The notes below the pieces were generated by a model. It saw only the letters and a program-made list of their open reading frames with translations, did not search any database and was not told where the DNA came from. Both the position numbers and the translations under genes were made by a program. Shown here in pieces: positions 31,289-53,309 of a DNA stretch of 64,000 bases. Source of the DNA: the human T2T-CHM13v2.0 reference genome, Homo sapiens; the NCBI RefSeq assembly GCF_009914755.1, contig NC_060931.1; one strand, written 5' to 3'. How positions within the stretch are numbered: the stretch's first letter is position 1; each line of letters opens with the position of its first letter.

Positions 31289-32084
31289 AATTTTCAAGGG
31301 CAAAGCCTTGCTGGCTAAAACTGTCTCTAGTAATCTTTAAAGAGTTCAGTCAAATTAATAAATACAACATCAAGACTGAAACAAATTAATGGGCAAAAGG
31401 CATATGCAAATACTTACAAATTAGATGGAGGAGGAGGAAGATCTCATATTGAATATTTACTGGGTATTAAAAACTGAGTGGTTCTTTTTTTTAAAAGTCT
31501 ATCACACAAAGAAAAGTGCACAAAACATAAATGTTCAGCCCCATGAATTAAAACAAAGCAAGCACCCATGTAACCACCAGAGTCCTAGAAATTGAGGACT
31601 GCCAGTAGCCCATTGGTTCCTTCCCACTTCTTTCCAATCATTAACCCCTCCCTCCTCTCCAAAGGTAACTATCATCTTGACTTCTAACATTCTAGTTCTG
31701 TACTGTCTGATTTTAAAATCTATTTAAGTGGAATCATATACAGTAGTATGGATTCTTTTGTGTGTGGGTTTTGTTCAACATCATGTTTTTAAGGTTCATC
31801 CATATTGTGTAAATTGAGTTTGTTCATTTTCATTACAGTACAGTAGTCCACGTTTGAAATGTATAATAATTTACTTACTATACTGTTGATGGAAATCTCC
31901 CCACACAACTATTTTGAGCTAGTACAAATAGTGGTGCTATAAACATTCTTATACACACTACTTCAACGCACACATGCCCACCATTTCTGTGGAAGTAAAA
32001 TTACAAAGTCACAGAGCATGCATACATTCTGCTTCTACACTGCCAGGTTACCAAAGTGGTTATATCCAACAGTGTAAAAAAATT

Positions 32085-32593
<509 letters not shown>

Positions 32594-32654
32594 TTCCTTG
32601 CTCCATTGCTCCATATTCCCACAATCCCTCTGCATTATTAATCCTTCTATTTAG

Positions 32655-33444
<790 letters not shown>

Positions 33445-33551
33445 TATCTCCTATAATCTTTACTGTTTTGCCTTTCACAGGTAGATCTACAATCCACTGA
33501 GAATTCATTTGGGGTGTAATATGAGATACAGGTCTTGATTCACTTTGTTTT

Positions 33552-33553
<2 letters not shown>

Positions 33554-33592
<39 letters not shown>
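33554..33592. repeat. (TG)n microsatellite
   Basis: Read directly. Confidence 0.98.
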
Positions 33593-33595
<3 letters not shown>

Positions 33596-34173
33596 CGCAT
33601 GAACATGCATATATATAAAATGCTTCAGCACTATTTACTGAAATATATTGTCACCGTTCTGCACGTTATCTTTATAACAAATTAAGTATCTACATATTCA
33701 CATGTCTATTTCTGTATTACTTATTCTGTCCCACCAATCTACTATACTAACCAAGACTGTTGTGTATCCCTGCACCAATATAACACTGTCTTTGTTAATC
33801 CAGTTTTATTTTTTTTAATTTCATATCTGATAAAACAAATTGTCCCACTTTATTCTTGAAGAGTATCTTGGCTCTTCTTGGCCTTCTGCACTGTCATATA
33901 AATTTATCTTTTAATGATGTGATAGCCCGTAACTAAATCTTATTAACACACTTAAAAAATATCATAAAGCCAGCCTAGAAGGGGTACCTAACTTGCCTGA
34001 GGGCCTAAGACTGCAAAACTTAGATTTGAACCTAGAAATGTCTCTGTGCAAAGTGCACACTTTTTCACTATTAACATCCTGCAAGGCTAAACTCACACAT
34101 GAAAATGTTAAGCCTAAAAATAAAAATAAATGAAAGTAAAAATAACAATGAGCATTATTCCAACACCAACTCA

Positions 34174-34539
<366 letters not shown>

Positions 34540-35673
34540 TTATTAATAGTTACTGCCTAAAGCCCAATGTTATAAAATATGGGTCATGTCTCATTCCCTT
34601 TCTAGAGCTACTAAGAAGATGAAATGGATAGCTCTTTGGTAGGTGAAGAATAGAAAAGATTTATGGATGATTCCCAGATGTCTGGCTTGAGTAAAGGATG
34701 TTTACAGAAGGAAAATAATATTTCTTTAACAACTAGGCAGTGCAGCAGGTGCTTGACATAAACTATCTCATTTTATTCTCCCAACTCCAATAGGTATTAC
34801 TGGTGAACCAAATTACAAACAAACAATAGGATTCAGAAAGGTTAGGTAAACTTGTCCAAAGTGAAAAATAAATTACTGGATATCAGATCTTAACTGAAAC
34901 CTCAGGTGCTAAGCCCTTTCCAAAACACCACAGTGCTGGTATCTGTGATATTTGTTTCACAACTGAGCTGAAAAACTAGATTTTCCACCAGGGAATATAC
35001 AAGTGACACTAAAACAATAAGCAGCTGCCAGGGTTTCATTGTCATTAAATGTAGCAAGTCACATGGAAGCCTTTTGAGATAACTGCTCCAACCAGCAATC
35101 TTTAAGAACAATACTGTATTTGTTGATGGTTTTTTTTTTTCATTTTTGTAAAAAGATGTTGGATCCTTAATACATGTTAGAGCACATGTAATATCCCATC
35201 CCACATTTTTTACAATTTCAGTGCAGTGACAGCAGAAATCTTGTGGTTTGGTTCTTAACATATTCTGAGAGAAATTAAAATGAGGGTATTAAAGGCTCAT
35301 GAAAAAATAAGGGTCACTAGCATACACCTGGGTGTAACTAATCAGAGACCAACAATTTCCATATATACATATATAAGAGAGCATGGTTAACTCAATGTAG
35401 GGAAATAATGTACCCACTTTATTATGTGCTCATCATACCACATCAGTAATACTAGATAACACAATAAGAACAACAGATCAACTACAGTAATATTCTTACC
35501 AAAGAGTAAGACTTACAATGCAGATTCCTGACCATTATTTAGAAAATCTCTGGCCAGAGCGAGACTCTGTCAAAAGAAAGAAAAAGAGAGAGAGAGAAAG
35601 AGAATCTCTGATCCATTGAGTCAAAAGGTGGGAATCTGCTTTTTAAAAAGTTTGTATTTTCACATGTATCAAA

Positions 35674-36011
35674 TAGTCATGTGTCACCTAACAATCAGGA
35701 TACATTCTAAGAAATGTATAGTTAGGCAATTTCATCATTGTGTGAACATCATAGCGTGTACTTACACAAACCTAGATGGTACAGCCTACAACACACCTAA
35801 GCTGTATGGTATGGCCTACTGCTCCTAGGCTATAAACAGGTACAGCATGTCACTGTACTGAATACTGTAGGCAATTATAACACAATGATAAGCATTTGTG
35901 TATCTAAACACAGAAAAGGTGCAGTACAAATATAGTACTATAATCTTATGGAACCAGTGTCATCTATGCAGTTCACTGCTGACTGAAATGTCACTAAGTG
36001 GCACATGACTG
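35674..36011 (+). mobile_element. Tigger3a (MER7A-type) TcMar MITE
   Basis: AGTCATGTG / CACATGACTG TIRs; TGTACTTACACAAACCTAGATGGTACAGCCTAC core. Confidence 0.88.
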
Positions 36012-36170
36012 AACATATAATATATAAAATATATGTGTGAATACGAAGAGAAACTAATAACAATAAACTCCCAAGTGTCCACTACCCCTATTAAAACACG
36101 GACTTTTACCAAGACATTAAGACACCCTGATCCCATCCCCTTCCCTCCACCGAGGTAGCTATTATCCTGA

Positions 36171-36525
<355 letters not shown>

Positions 36526-36529
36526 ATAT

Positions 36530-37860
36530 TCCTCCAGAATTTTGAAGGCGGCATTGCTTCACTGCTTTCACACTTCCAGGGTGCTACATAGAAATCCAAA
36601 GTCATTCTGATTCCTGATCCTGTATATGTGATCTGGGTTTTTTTCACTCCAGAATCATCTCTTTACCACACGGTGTCCTGAAATTTCCTAATGATGGGCC
36701 CCAGTGTGGGTATATTTATTAGACTGAACACATGGCAGGCACATTCAATCTGCAAACTTCAATCTTCTACTGTTGGTCGTTTTCTTGAATTATTTTCACC
36801 TTTTCATTTCCCCTATTTTATCTGCAACTCAACTGTATAAACATTGAACCTCAGGAACAGTCAGCTAAGTGTCCTCTGTCTTTTTGCCTACTTCTTAGGA
36901 GATTTCCTGACCATTATCTTACAACCTTCCAAAGATTTTCATTTCCACTATCATGTTTTAAACTTTTTTCATTTTCTAGCTGGACTTTTTTTTTTATTGA
37001 CACATTGTCATTACATATATTTGAGGGGTACAATTTGAGGTTTAAATACATATATATGGTTTTTTTGTCTTGTTTTCTTTTGCTATTTGAGACAGAGTCT
37101 CGTTCTGTCACCCAAGCTGGAGTGCAGTGGCGTGATCTCAGCTCACTGCAAACTTTGCCTCCTGGCTCAAGCAATTCTCCTGCCTCAGCCTCCCAAATAG
37201 CTGGGATGACAGGATGCACCACCATGCCTGGCTAATTTTTGTATTTTTAGTGGAAATGGGGTTTTGCCATGTTGCCCAGGCTGATCTTGAACTCCTGACC
37301 TCAAGTAATCTGCCCACCTTGGCCTCCCAAAGTGCTGGGGATACAGGCATGAGCCACCATGCCCAGCCTCAATACATATATATGTTATATAATGATCAAA
37401 TCAGAGTATTTAGCATGTCCATCATCTCACGCACTTATCACTTCCTTCTGGTAAGAACACTCAAAAGCCTCTCTTCTAGCAATTTTGCTACAATACCTTA
37501 CTATTAACCATAATCACCCTTCTGTGGAATAGAATACCAGAACTTATTCCTCCTAACTATAACTTTGTACTCATTTGAACGACCTCTCCCTACCTACCTT
37601 CCCCTCTCCCTGCCCAAGTCTCTGGTAAGTTTTATGGCTAGTCCTTTATAGAGCATCCTGTTTTTATTCATCTTCATCTCATCTCTCTGAATATATCTGT
37701 AATTGGGGTAGGAGATTGTTGGTAACTGTTTTTTTCCCCTGCAAAGTCTGTATTTCTTCCAAGTTGCTTTTTTGTTTTGCTTAATTCCCACCACCCACCT
37801 TTGATGCTGGATGCTTTCCTCAAATAACTGGTAATCCTTGGGTATTTGCTTATGATTAAG
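36530..37860 (-). mobile_element. Ancient L1M/HAL1 relic with a nested L1MA 3' end (about 36990-37630)
   Basis: CAGAATTTTGAAGGC..AGTCATTCTGATTCCTGATCC; ACATATATTTGAGGGGTACA; AATAGAATACCAGAACTTATTCCTCCTAACT. Confidence 0.65.
37058..37368 (-). mobile_element. AluS
   Basis: TSD AATACATATATATG. Confidence 0.93.
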
Positions 37861-37873
37861 ACTGGGGGTCTAG

Positions 37874-39621
<1,748 letters not shown>

Positions 39622-39892
39622 TCATATAAGCTTGTTTACCTTCTTAATGATTAACTATTTTGGCTGCCTCCTCTCATTTTTGTTTTGCCTTTGAATATTG
39701 CTTTCACTAATTTTAGATCAAGTTCTCATTTCATGTTGAAGTATCCCACAAAAACACTGTATCTTTTTCTCTTGTAATTCCTCTCCTAAAGTATTTACAA
39801 AGGATGACAGTCTATAGTGAATATTTAAACTCAAAAACACCAACAAACACGGGTAGTATTTAGAGACACAATATAGCAAGAATAACACTACC

Positions 39893-42195
39893 TGATATGA
39901 CTTGGCTCTGTGTCCCCACTCAAATCTCATCCTGAATCGTACTCCCATAATTCCCACGTGTTGTGGGAGGGACCCAGTGGGAGATAATCGAATCATGGGG
40001 GCAGTTTTCCGATAGTGAATAGCCTCAAGAGATCTGATGGTTTTATCAGGGGTTTCCGCTTTTGCATCCTCCTCATTCTCTCTTTGCCTGCTGCCATCCA
40101 TGTAAGATAGGACTTGCTCCTCCTTGCCTTCTGCCATGATTGTGAGGCTTCCCCAGCCACATGGAACTGTAAGTCCAATTAAACCTCTTTCTTTTGTAAA
40201 TTGCCCAGTCTCAGGTATGTCTTTATCAACAGCATGAAAACGGACTAATAAAGTAAATTGGTACCAGCAGTGGGGTGTTGTTGAAGATACCCAAAAATGT
40301 GGAAGTGACTTTGGAAGTGAGTAACAAGCAGAGGTTGGAACAGTTTGGAGGGCTCAAAAGAAGACACGAAAATGTGGGAAGGTTTGGAACTTCCTAGAGA
40401 CTTGTTGAATGGATTTGACAAAAATGCTGATAGTGATATGAAGAGTAAGGTTCCAAGCTGAGGTGGTCTCAGATGGAGATGAGGAACTTGTTGGGAACTG
40501 GAGCAAAGGTGACTCCTGTTATGTTTTAGCAAGAGACTGGCAGCATTTTGCCCCACCCTAGAGATTTGTGGAACTTAGAACTTGAGAGAGATGATTTTTA
40601 GGGTATCTAGCAGAAGAAATTTCTAAGCAGCAAAGCATTCAAAAGGTAACTTGGGTGCTGTTAAAAGCATTCCATTTTAAAAGGGAAACAGGGCATAAAA
40701 GTTCAGAAAATTTACAGCCTGACAATGTGATAGGAAAGAAAAGCCCATTTTATGAGGAGAAATTCAAGCTGGCTGCAGAAATTTGCAAAAGTAGCAGGGA
40801 GCCCAATGTTAATCACCAAGACCATGGGGAAAATGTATCCAGGCCATGTCAGAGACTTTCACGGCAGCCCCTCCCATCACAGGACGAGAGGCCCAGGAGG
40901 AAAAAGTGGTTTTGTGGTCCAGGCCCAAGGTCCCCATGCTGTGTGCAGCCTAGGAACTTGGTGCCCTGTGTCCCAGCTACTCCAGCTGTGGCTGAAAGGG
41001 GCCAATGCAGAGCTTGGGTTGTGGCTTCAGAGAGTGGAAGCCTCAACCTTGGCAGCTTCCACATGGTGGTGAGTCTACAGGCACACAGAAGCTAAGAACT
41101 GAGGTTTGGGAACCTCCACCTAGATTTCAGAAGATGTATGGAAATGTATGGAAGCCCAGGCAAAAGTCTGCTGCGGGGTGGGGCCCTCATGGAGAACCTC
41201 TGCTAGGGCAGTGCAGAAGGAAAATGTGGGGTTGGAGCCCCCACACAGAGTCCCTACTGGGGCACTACCTAGTGAAGCTGTGAGAAGAGGGCCACCATCC
41301 TCCAGACCCCAGAATGGTAGATCCACTGACAGCTTGCACCATCCACCTGGAAAAGTCACAGACACTCAATGCCAGCCTATGAAAGCAGCCTGGAGGGAGG
41401 CTATGCCCTGCAAAGCCACAGGGGTGGAGCTACCCAAGACCATAGGCAGCTCCAACAGCATGACCCAGATGTGAGACCTGGAGTCAAAGGAGATCATTTT
41501 GGAGCTTTAAAATTTGACTGCCCCGCTGGATTTCAGACTTGCATGGGCCCTGAAACCCCTTTGTTTTGGCCAATTTCTCCTATTTGGAATGACTATATTT
41601 ACCCAATACCTGTAAACCCATTCTATCTAGGGAGTAATTAGGTTGCATTTGATTTTACGGGCTTATAGGCAGAAGGGACTTGCCTTGTCTCAGATGAAAC
41701 TTTGAACTGTGAACTTTTGGGTTAATGCTGAAATGAGTTAAGATTTTGGGGGACTGTCGGGAAGGCATGATTGGTTTTGAAATGTGAGGACATGAGATTT
41801 GGCAGGGGCCGGGGGGGGAACAATATGGTTTGGCTCTATGTCCCTATTCAAATCTCATCTTGAATTGTACTCCTATAATTCCCATGTGTTGTGGGAGGGA
41901 CCCAATGGGAGATAACTGAATCATGGGGGCGGTTTCCCCCATACTTTTCTTGTGGTAGTGAATAAGTCTCACAAGATCTGATGGTTTTATCAAGGGTTTC
42001 CACTTTGCATCTTTCTCATTCTCTCTTTGCCTGCTGCCATCTATGTAAGACAGGACTTGCTCCTCTTTGCCTTCCACCATGACTGTGAGGATTCCCCAGC
42101 CACATGAGACAGTAAGTCCAGTTAAACCTCTTTCTTTTGTAAATTGCCCAGTCTCAGGTATGTCTTTATCAGCAGTGTGAAAACGGACTAATATA
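39893..42195 (+). mobile_element. Full-length THE1 (A/B-like) MaLR: LTR 39893-40252, internal region, LTR 41821-42195
   Basis: Two matching LTRs; internal region starts GTAAATTGGTACC and ends in a polypurine tract; perfect 5-bp TSD CTACC. Confidence 0.95.
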
Positions 42196-43067
42196 CTACC
42201 ATACAGAATAATATATTGTACTGCCAACTTTAGGACTTATTTTGCTTTCAAATTTTTTATTTCTTGAAACACCACTAATAGCGTTTATATGAAGTGGACT
42301 ATGCATACAAATGTATTATTATTTATTTGTAAGAATAACTGTTAGCAGCAGATAGAGTATAAAAACACATTTATTTATAAGATGGCAACAGCTATGAGAC
42401 TGGCTGTCTAGATCACAAGCTTATCTCCTAGATGCTCTTGTCTCAGCTCCCAGAGATGTACAACTTAAGGTTTTAGTCGGTGTCAGCATGTCCTGCTCTT
42501 GCTTTCCACTTGACATCAGTGGAGCTCTAAGAACCAATCACATCTAATACTATTGACCACAGATCTTTAATTCTCATGAAAATGATTCTGTTTTCCCAAT
42601 TTGGAATTACCAGTAACTTTCCTCAGGGTTTGGGATTTAAAATAACATACAAATTTCCTGAGAAATTCTGGGAGTGACTTCCCATACAGAAACATAACTT
42701 TATCCAGAGATCATCTGCTCTGAACCTCCAGAATCTGTCCCAAGGTGAATAGTATGCATTGGGAGAGTTGTTTCTTAGCAACAATTATCCAATCTTCCTT
42801 ATTTCATGTCTTTTGCACCTCAATTTTCAGAGATACTTGGCTTTGCTACTTCTTGAGCTTTATGAGGATTTAGAGGATAAATCTGATTGGTTCATAGTTT
42901 TTCCCTCTGCCAACTCAGGATTCATAAGTCTTGGGTGTCAGTTAATTTCGACTCATTCTTAGGCTTTTCAGTACTCTACACTATGTTGATGTTGTCTATT
43001 TTCCATGTCCATTGGGTTTTTACTGCAGTTTTAATGGGGTTTCAACAGGGAGCAAGATTAGAAGTAG

Positions 43068-43384
<317 letters not shown>

Positions 43385-43949
43385 AGAAGAGCTTCTTAAT
43401 AAATAAAACTATCTCCAGCAGGAATGAACTGCCTTGGAAACAAGAAACTCAAGCACAGACTGCACAACTATTACTTATTAGGGATGCCACTAATAGCCTC
43501 TAAGCCCCAGATGGCTGTATAGTCCAAGTGGTTAGTGAGGCAAGGCTGTCATACAGAAAAATCAAAGTTAATAAATAATGAAATGCTAGAAGAATGAAAT
43601 TACAAAAATAAAGTCAAACTAAGTGAGAGCTACCAAATATAAAGGATTATCCACAACTAACAGTATTACAGGTAATCACTGTCGAGTTCTAAATTTCCTT
43701 TTCTATTAGAACATAACTTTCCCCACACACCGAATCTGTACTCAGGTGTGCATTTATCCCTAGATTCAGTCTGAGGAGTTGAAAAGTGACAAAGGGATGG
43801 ATGGCTTCCTGACTACTATGAAAATGTCCCCTGACCCACATATTTCAATATAGTATTAAGCCTTGTTTTCATTACCTGAAATGTATGTTTGCTTACAAAC
43901 AGGTTTCCTTGAATCTATTCTCCCCACCTCCTCCAATCAAGGAGCAAAG

Positions 43950-44990
<1,041 letters not shown>

Positions 44991-46207
44991 TCCTCTTCAT
45001 CATTTCTCACTGAACATCTCCATTAAGGCTTCACAATCAGGATGCTGGCAATTAGAACCTGTATCTTTCTTCCATGGCTGCTCCATTTACTGATCAATGC
45101 CACCAACTACCAGAGATGTTATAAAGGGATTCCTACATGTGATAGAGAAGGCTGAAACATAAAACATCTGAAGTCACACTGATAAGCCTCTATTACTCAC
45201 AGATTCATCCACAACACTGGAGTTATTCCCGCTACAAAGGTTAACCTTAAGGAAAGAGTTAATTCATAATTCTGCAAACACTGAAAACAAATACAAATGT
45301 ATTAAGGAATACTTTTATCCATAGACTGCTTTACTAGTAACATTACAAGAATAAGATGAATTTTGAAATAGACTTTAAAAAATAATTTCAATAGTTAAAT
45401 GTCAGTTCTTAATTAACCATCTTGATTTTCTGATGTAAAAAATGTACAGCAATTATCGTCCAGCTGACAAAAAGCCACAATCTTTATTAGTAAATCCTAT
45501 TATATAGCACAACACTGCCACCTGTTGGAAGAGATAACTAGCCAAATGTTTTTATTCCTAAACACTAAATGCATGAGAAAGTTTATGAATTTCTCAAAAA
45601 AAAATGAAGAGACTGTTGACTTTATCCTTTCTAGCCCAACATGCTTAGATTAAATCCCTAATAAAGAGGAAAAGCAAGGATGTAATGTAACTGCTTCCCA
45701 CAATAAAAACACAAAATGGCATTTACTTTTTGGTTTTGGTTATTTGGGTAAGGGGAAGATTTAACCATGAAGAGATAGCACTAGGGAGTTTTTGAGGTGA
45801 GGCAACTATTCTGCATCCTGACTATGGTGTTGGTTATAGAAATCAGTACATGGGTTAAAATTTATAATATAAAAAGTTTATTTTACTGTACGGTAATTTA
45901 AAAAAAAAACAAGGTAAGAGAATACAAATACTCAGTACCATGGGAAAAGTCGTAAGTTATAATGTGAAAGTATTCACATAAATTTCAAAGTTTTGCTACT
46001 TATAGCTCAAAGGCTTGAAGCCCAAAAAACATTAGAAAGATTCTAATGTAATACTGCATGCTGACATACTTAAATATGGATGTAGAAGTGTTTCTAAAGA
46101 CTACCATTGCACACCAGAAGTCAATCTTTGCCCCTAGCACAGAACATTTCAATGAGAGGAACAATCTATAACCAAAAGTTAGGACATTCACCGTTGATTC
46201 TGGTAAC

Positions 46208-46818
46208 TTTTTTTTTTTTTTTTTGAGACAGGGTCTCACTCTGTCACTCAGGCTGGAGTGCAGTGGCGCCACTGCAACTCACTACAGCCTCGACCTCCCA
46301 GACTCAGGTGATCTTCCCACCTCAGCCTCCTGAGCAGCTGGAACCAAAGGTGTGCACCACCATGCCCAGCTAGTTCTTTTGTATTTTTAGTAGAGAGATG
46401 GGGTTTCGCCACTTTGCCCAAGCTGGTCTCAAACTCCTGGACTCAAGTGATCTGCCCACCTTGGCCCCCCAAAGTGCTGGGATTACAGGCATGAGCCACC
46501 ACGCCTGGCTAGGAAATGCTTTTCCCTACGACAAAACGAGAGTCTCGTTCTATCGCCCAGGCTAGAGTGCAATGGCACAATCTCAGCTCCCTGCAACCTC
46601 TGCCTCCCAGGTTCAAGAGATTCTTGTGCCTCGTACCAGCTGCGAGTAGCTAGGACTACAGGCACATGCCATCACGCCCAGCTAATTTTTGTATTTTTAG
46701 TAGAGACGGGGTTTCACCACGTTGGCCAGGCTGGTCTGGAACTCCTGACCTCAAGTGATCCGACTGCCTTGGCCTCCCAAAGTGCTGGGATTACAGGCAT
46801 GAGCCACCACGCCCAGCT
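46208..46818 (-). mobile_element. Two reverse Alus (AluJ 46208-46510; tail-less AluS 46538-46818)
   Basis: Alu consensus matches. Confidence 0.92.
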
Positions 46819-47760
46819 AGTACATTCTTTATGTGATTGCATTTCATCTCCCTCAAAAAGCTGGTGCATAAACAGGGAAAGTTGGGTGCTTGGCATCTAT
46901 GTAATCTTGGTATTTGCTAGATCACTTATGAATGCAAGTGACATCAAAGTTCCACGAGATCTGGAACATCTAAGTCCATCTGGGGACCTTTCCAGTACAT
47001 TTGCAAATGCCAAATGTCTTAAGGCACCAAGAGCCCACAAGATAAAAGATCACCAGAGTCCAAATGACAGAGACCCAAACTAAGAGCAAAAGTCACATTA
47101 AGATACCAGTTCCTCCCATCTCTCCTGATAATATACTTGCTGTTAATAAAATGATATGGGTTGTAAAGTAATAATGAAATATTAAACTGAGACCTTATGA
47201 AAGCTGTTGCAATGGGAGGGAGAGGTTGGTAGAAAGGGTGTAACACATATAATCCTCTACCCTTTATCCCTTAGGGCTGCCCTTAAGCCATCCTGTTCCC
47301 AGGATCTGGCAGCTACATGCAATCTTAGTTTTCTAAGTTTTGGTTGAGCCACACTGTTGTCTGTTTTTCTACATTTTCCCAGTGATCCCTGGGAGGTCAC
47401 AGCTATTCAAATGGATTGCAGTACCCACAATAATTTGCAGTTCCAACAACAGGAGAATAGTTGAAAAAAGAATGATACAGTCGTAAAAGAGAATAATGCT
47501 GGTCATCTCCTAATCTTCAACTAATGACATGGTTATATTTGCATTGAGGGAGGTAAACTTGCCTGTCAGAAGCAGCAATAGTCACAGCACACCAGGGTAA
47601 TTGCCAAAGCATCCAAATGGAGCAGTAGTATGATACCGGAATAATTCACAGACTTTTGGAACTATACAAGTTTGCAAACTCACCTCCATTTTAGAGTCTG
47701 TCATGATGGGTAATTTCCCCAAAAAGACTAAAAACACAGAAAGCATTAAGAAAAAAAAAA

Positions 47761-48062
47761 GGCCAGGCAAGGTGGCTCACACCTGTAATCCCAGCACTTT
47801 GGGAGGCTGAGGTGGGCGGATCGCTTGAGCTCAGGAGTTTGAGCCCAGCCTGGGCAACATGGCAAAATCCCATCTCAACAAAAAATATAAAAATTAGCCC
47901 GGCGTGGTGGCATGTGCCTGTAGTCCCAACTACTTGAGGGGCTAAAGCAGGAGGATCACTTGAGCCCATGAGGTCAAGGCTGCACTGAGCCATGTTCATG
48001 GCACTGCACTCCAGCCTGGGTGACAAAGTGAGACCCTGTCTCAAAAAACAAAAACCAAAAAA
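47761..48062 (+). mobile_element. AluJ
   Basis: Dimeric Alu. Confidence 0.93.
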
Positions 48063-48289
48063 TCTTGGATCATAGAGATGTTTACAATTTGGAAAACTAT
48101 CCATGATAAACTTTTTATTTAGTCTGAATTGCAATAATTTTAAAACTCAAAGATCTCCAAGTCCTAATACAAAAACACCTACACCCCTTCAAGTAGGAAA
48201 TAGTCCTTTGGAAAGGTAAACGTGATAATCCATGCCTAAATTACACAATTCCTTTAAATCTCATCTTTTATGCAAATAACAAAAACACT

Positions 48290-49510
<1,221 letters not shown>

Positions 49511-49693
49511 AAAGAAAAGACAAAACACTGAAACAAGAAACACACAGTTCTAACTGGAATCAAGCCAAGGGGAAAGAATGAAATCTTGGCCATTATATGT
49601 AAACAGAGAGATGCAATTTTTTTCTGGAAGCTATTGTATATCACTTTCCTTAGATTCTCAAAATGCTCAGTTTCTAAAAATACTTTTACTACT

Positions 49694-50039
<346 letters not shown>

Positions 50040-50884
50040 TTAAAAAAATACAAAACAATGTTAATAGGATTTTATAAAACTACTTTTTCCAACATGCCCC
50101 AAACAATACAGAACTAGCTACACTCAACCTCTGCATACATTAAATAATCTTCAAATAAATGCCTGCTAGTATGAAAAAAGTACCTACTATTTGGTGACCA
50201 ACTGTCCAATATGGCTCTCACAAATCTAATGCAGCATATGAAACATGAACAAGAGGATAAAAGAATAACTTCTTGGAGTCTGTTTAAAATAGAGAGTTAA
50301 ATGAACAAAGTTGAAGCAGATCATGGCACATTTTTCAAGGCAGAGAGACAGGGAGGCAACAATGTCTGAAACAATGAACACTCTTAGGCTAAATATACCA
50401 CCAGGGACTCAGATGTCACACTAACTGGGAACTACTATGTCAGTTTCTATAACTCCTATAATTAAAGAACAATATCCTAAACTATTAGCCAGAAGGCTTT
50501 TAGAGGCAAAGTCCTGACTACACAAAAATGTAAAACAATATAGTAAAAAATATAAAACAAAGTTAACTAAATAGATTGAAAATATCTGCCACATATCTAA
50601 CAGTCAATGGCTTAAATCCCTACACAAAGAACTCCTAAAAATCAATAAAGACAAAACTCCATACGGAATGGCAAATTATAAAGTTTTTCCTTGCTTCATT
50701 TTTCAAGTCTTAAAATGCTCCTCACGGGTTCTTTCACAGCATTTTTCCTGGGCCTGGCCTCCCACGTAGTTGTTGGAAAACCATCACTCTCTAAACCACA
50801 GCCACATACCCATAAGGAGGTCTCCAGGGCTACAAAAAATTAATCTCATGTGCTTTTCATTTAAAAGAACGGTAGCATAATCTA

Positions 50885-52440
<1,556 letters not shown>

Positions 52441-53309
52441 TTTAAAGGACTGAAGACTTTTGTTTTGTGTTTTGTTTTGTTTTCATTTTATCCCGTTTTT
52501 AAAACAGTGCCTAGCAATATTATGAATTCAATCGATTTTGGCTAAATGCTAGAACAAAAATTAAAACTTGAGTAAACCATATAAAACTTTGCCATATCTA
52601 AAGTTATTAAATTACCGTAGACTGGCATGGTGGGAGCATAATATGAGTGTACCTGCAGGTGTGTTTTCCATGAAAGTAGCAAAGACTGAAAAACTCAGCA
52701 GAATCAAGACCCTGTAGGCCCTTGAAGTTAGGCTAAGAAATGTGTATTATCCTGAAAGCAACGGGAAGGCCAGGAAGATTCTGAGGACAGAAATAACACA
52801 ATCTGATATGCGTTTTAAACGTGCAGGTGTAAGCGGAGAGTTGCTACTTCTATCCAAACGTGAGCCACCTCAGAAATAAAGCAATAGCCCTCCGGGGAGA
52901 ATGGGGAGGAATCAGGGGAAGACCGGAGAAACAGGTTATCAAATTATCAGAATCTCCATAGATTTTTTTAAATTACACAGCATCCACCCCCAAACACACA
53001 TACAGACTGATAGGCACTGATATATACATAAATACATCCAATGTCCCCTACACAGAAAATCACTTTTGCAGTCAGCCCCTGTTGGGAGGGTTTTTCTGTT
53101 ATTCAAGTGTGGTGGGGACAAAAAGTATTATAACCACTAAACCAGGTAATTCTTTCCTACAATAATTTGGGCAGCGTACTCCTCAGGGTGTTGAAATTTA
53201 GCACTACCAACAAAAGTGCCCAGTCCCAACTCTTCGAGAGGACCCTAACTCTTTACAGTGTGCTGTTGGGGATGGTCAGCAAAAACTGCAGGACAAGGTC
53301 AAGGTTAGC

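Noticed and set aside
40245-41641. Cluster of ORFs in the THE1 internal region
   Set aside because: Fragmented MaLR internal ORF with stops and frameshifts; not an intact gene.
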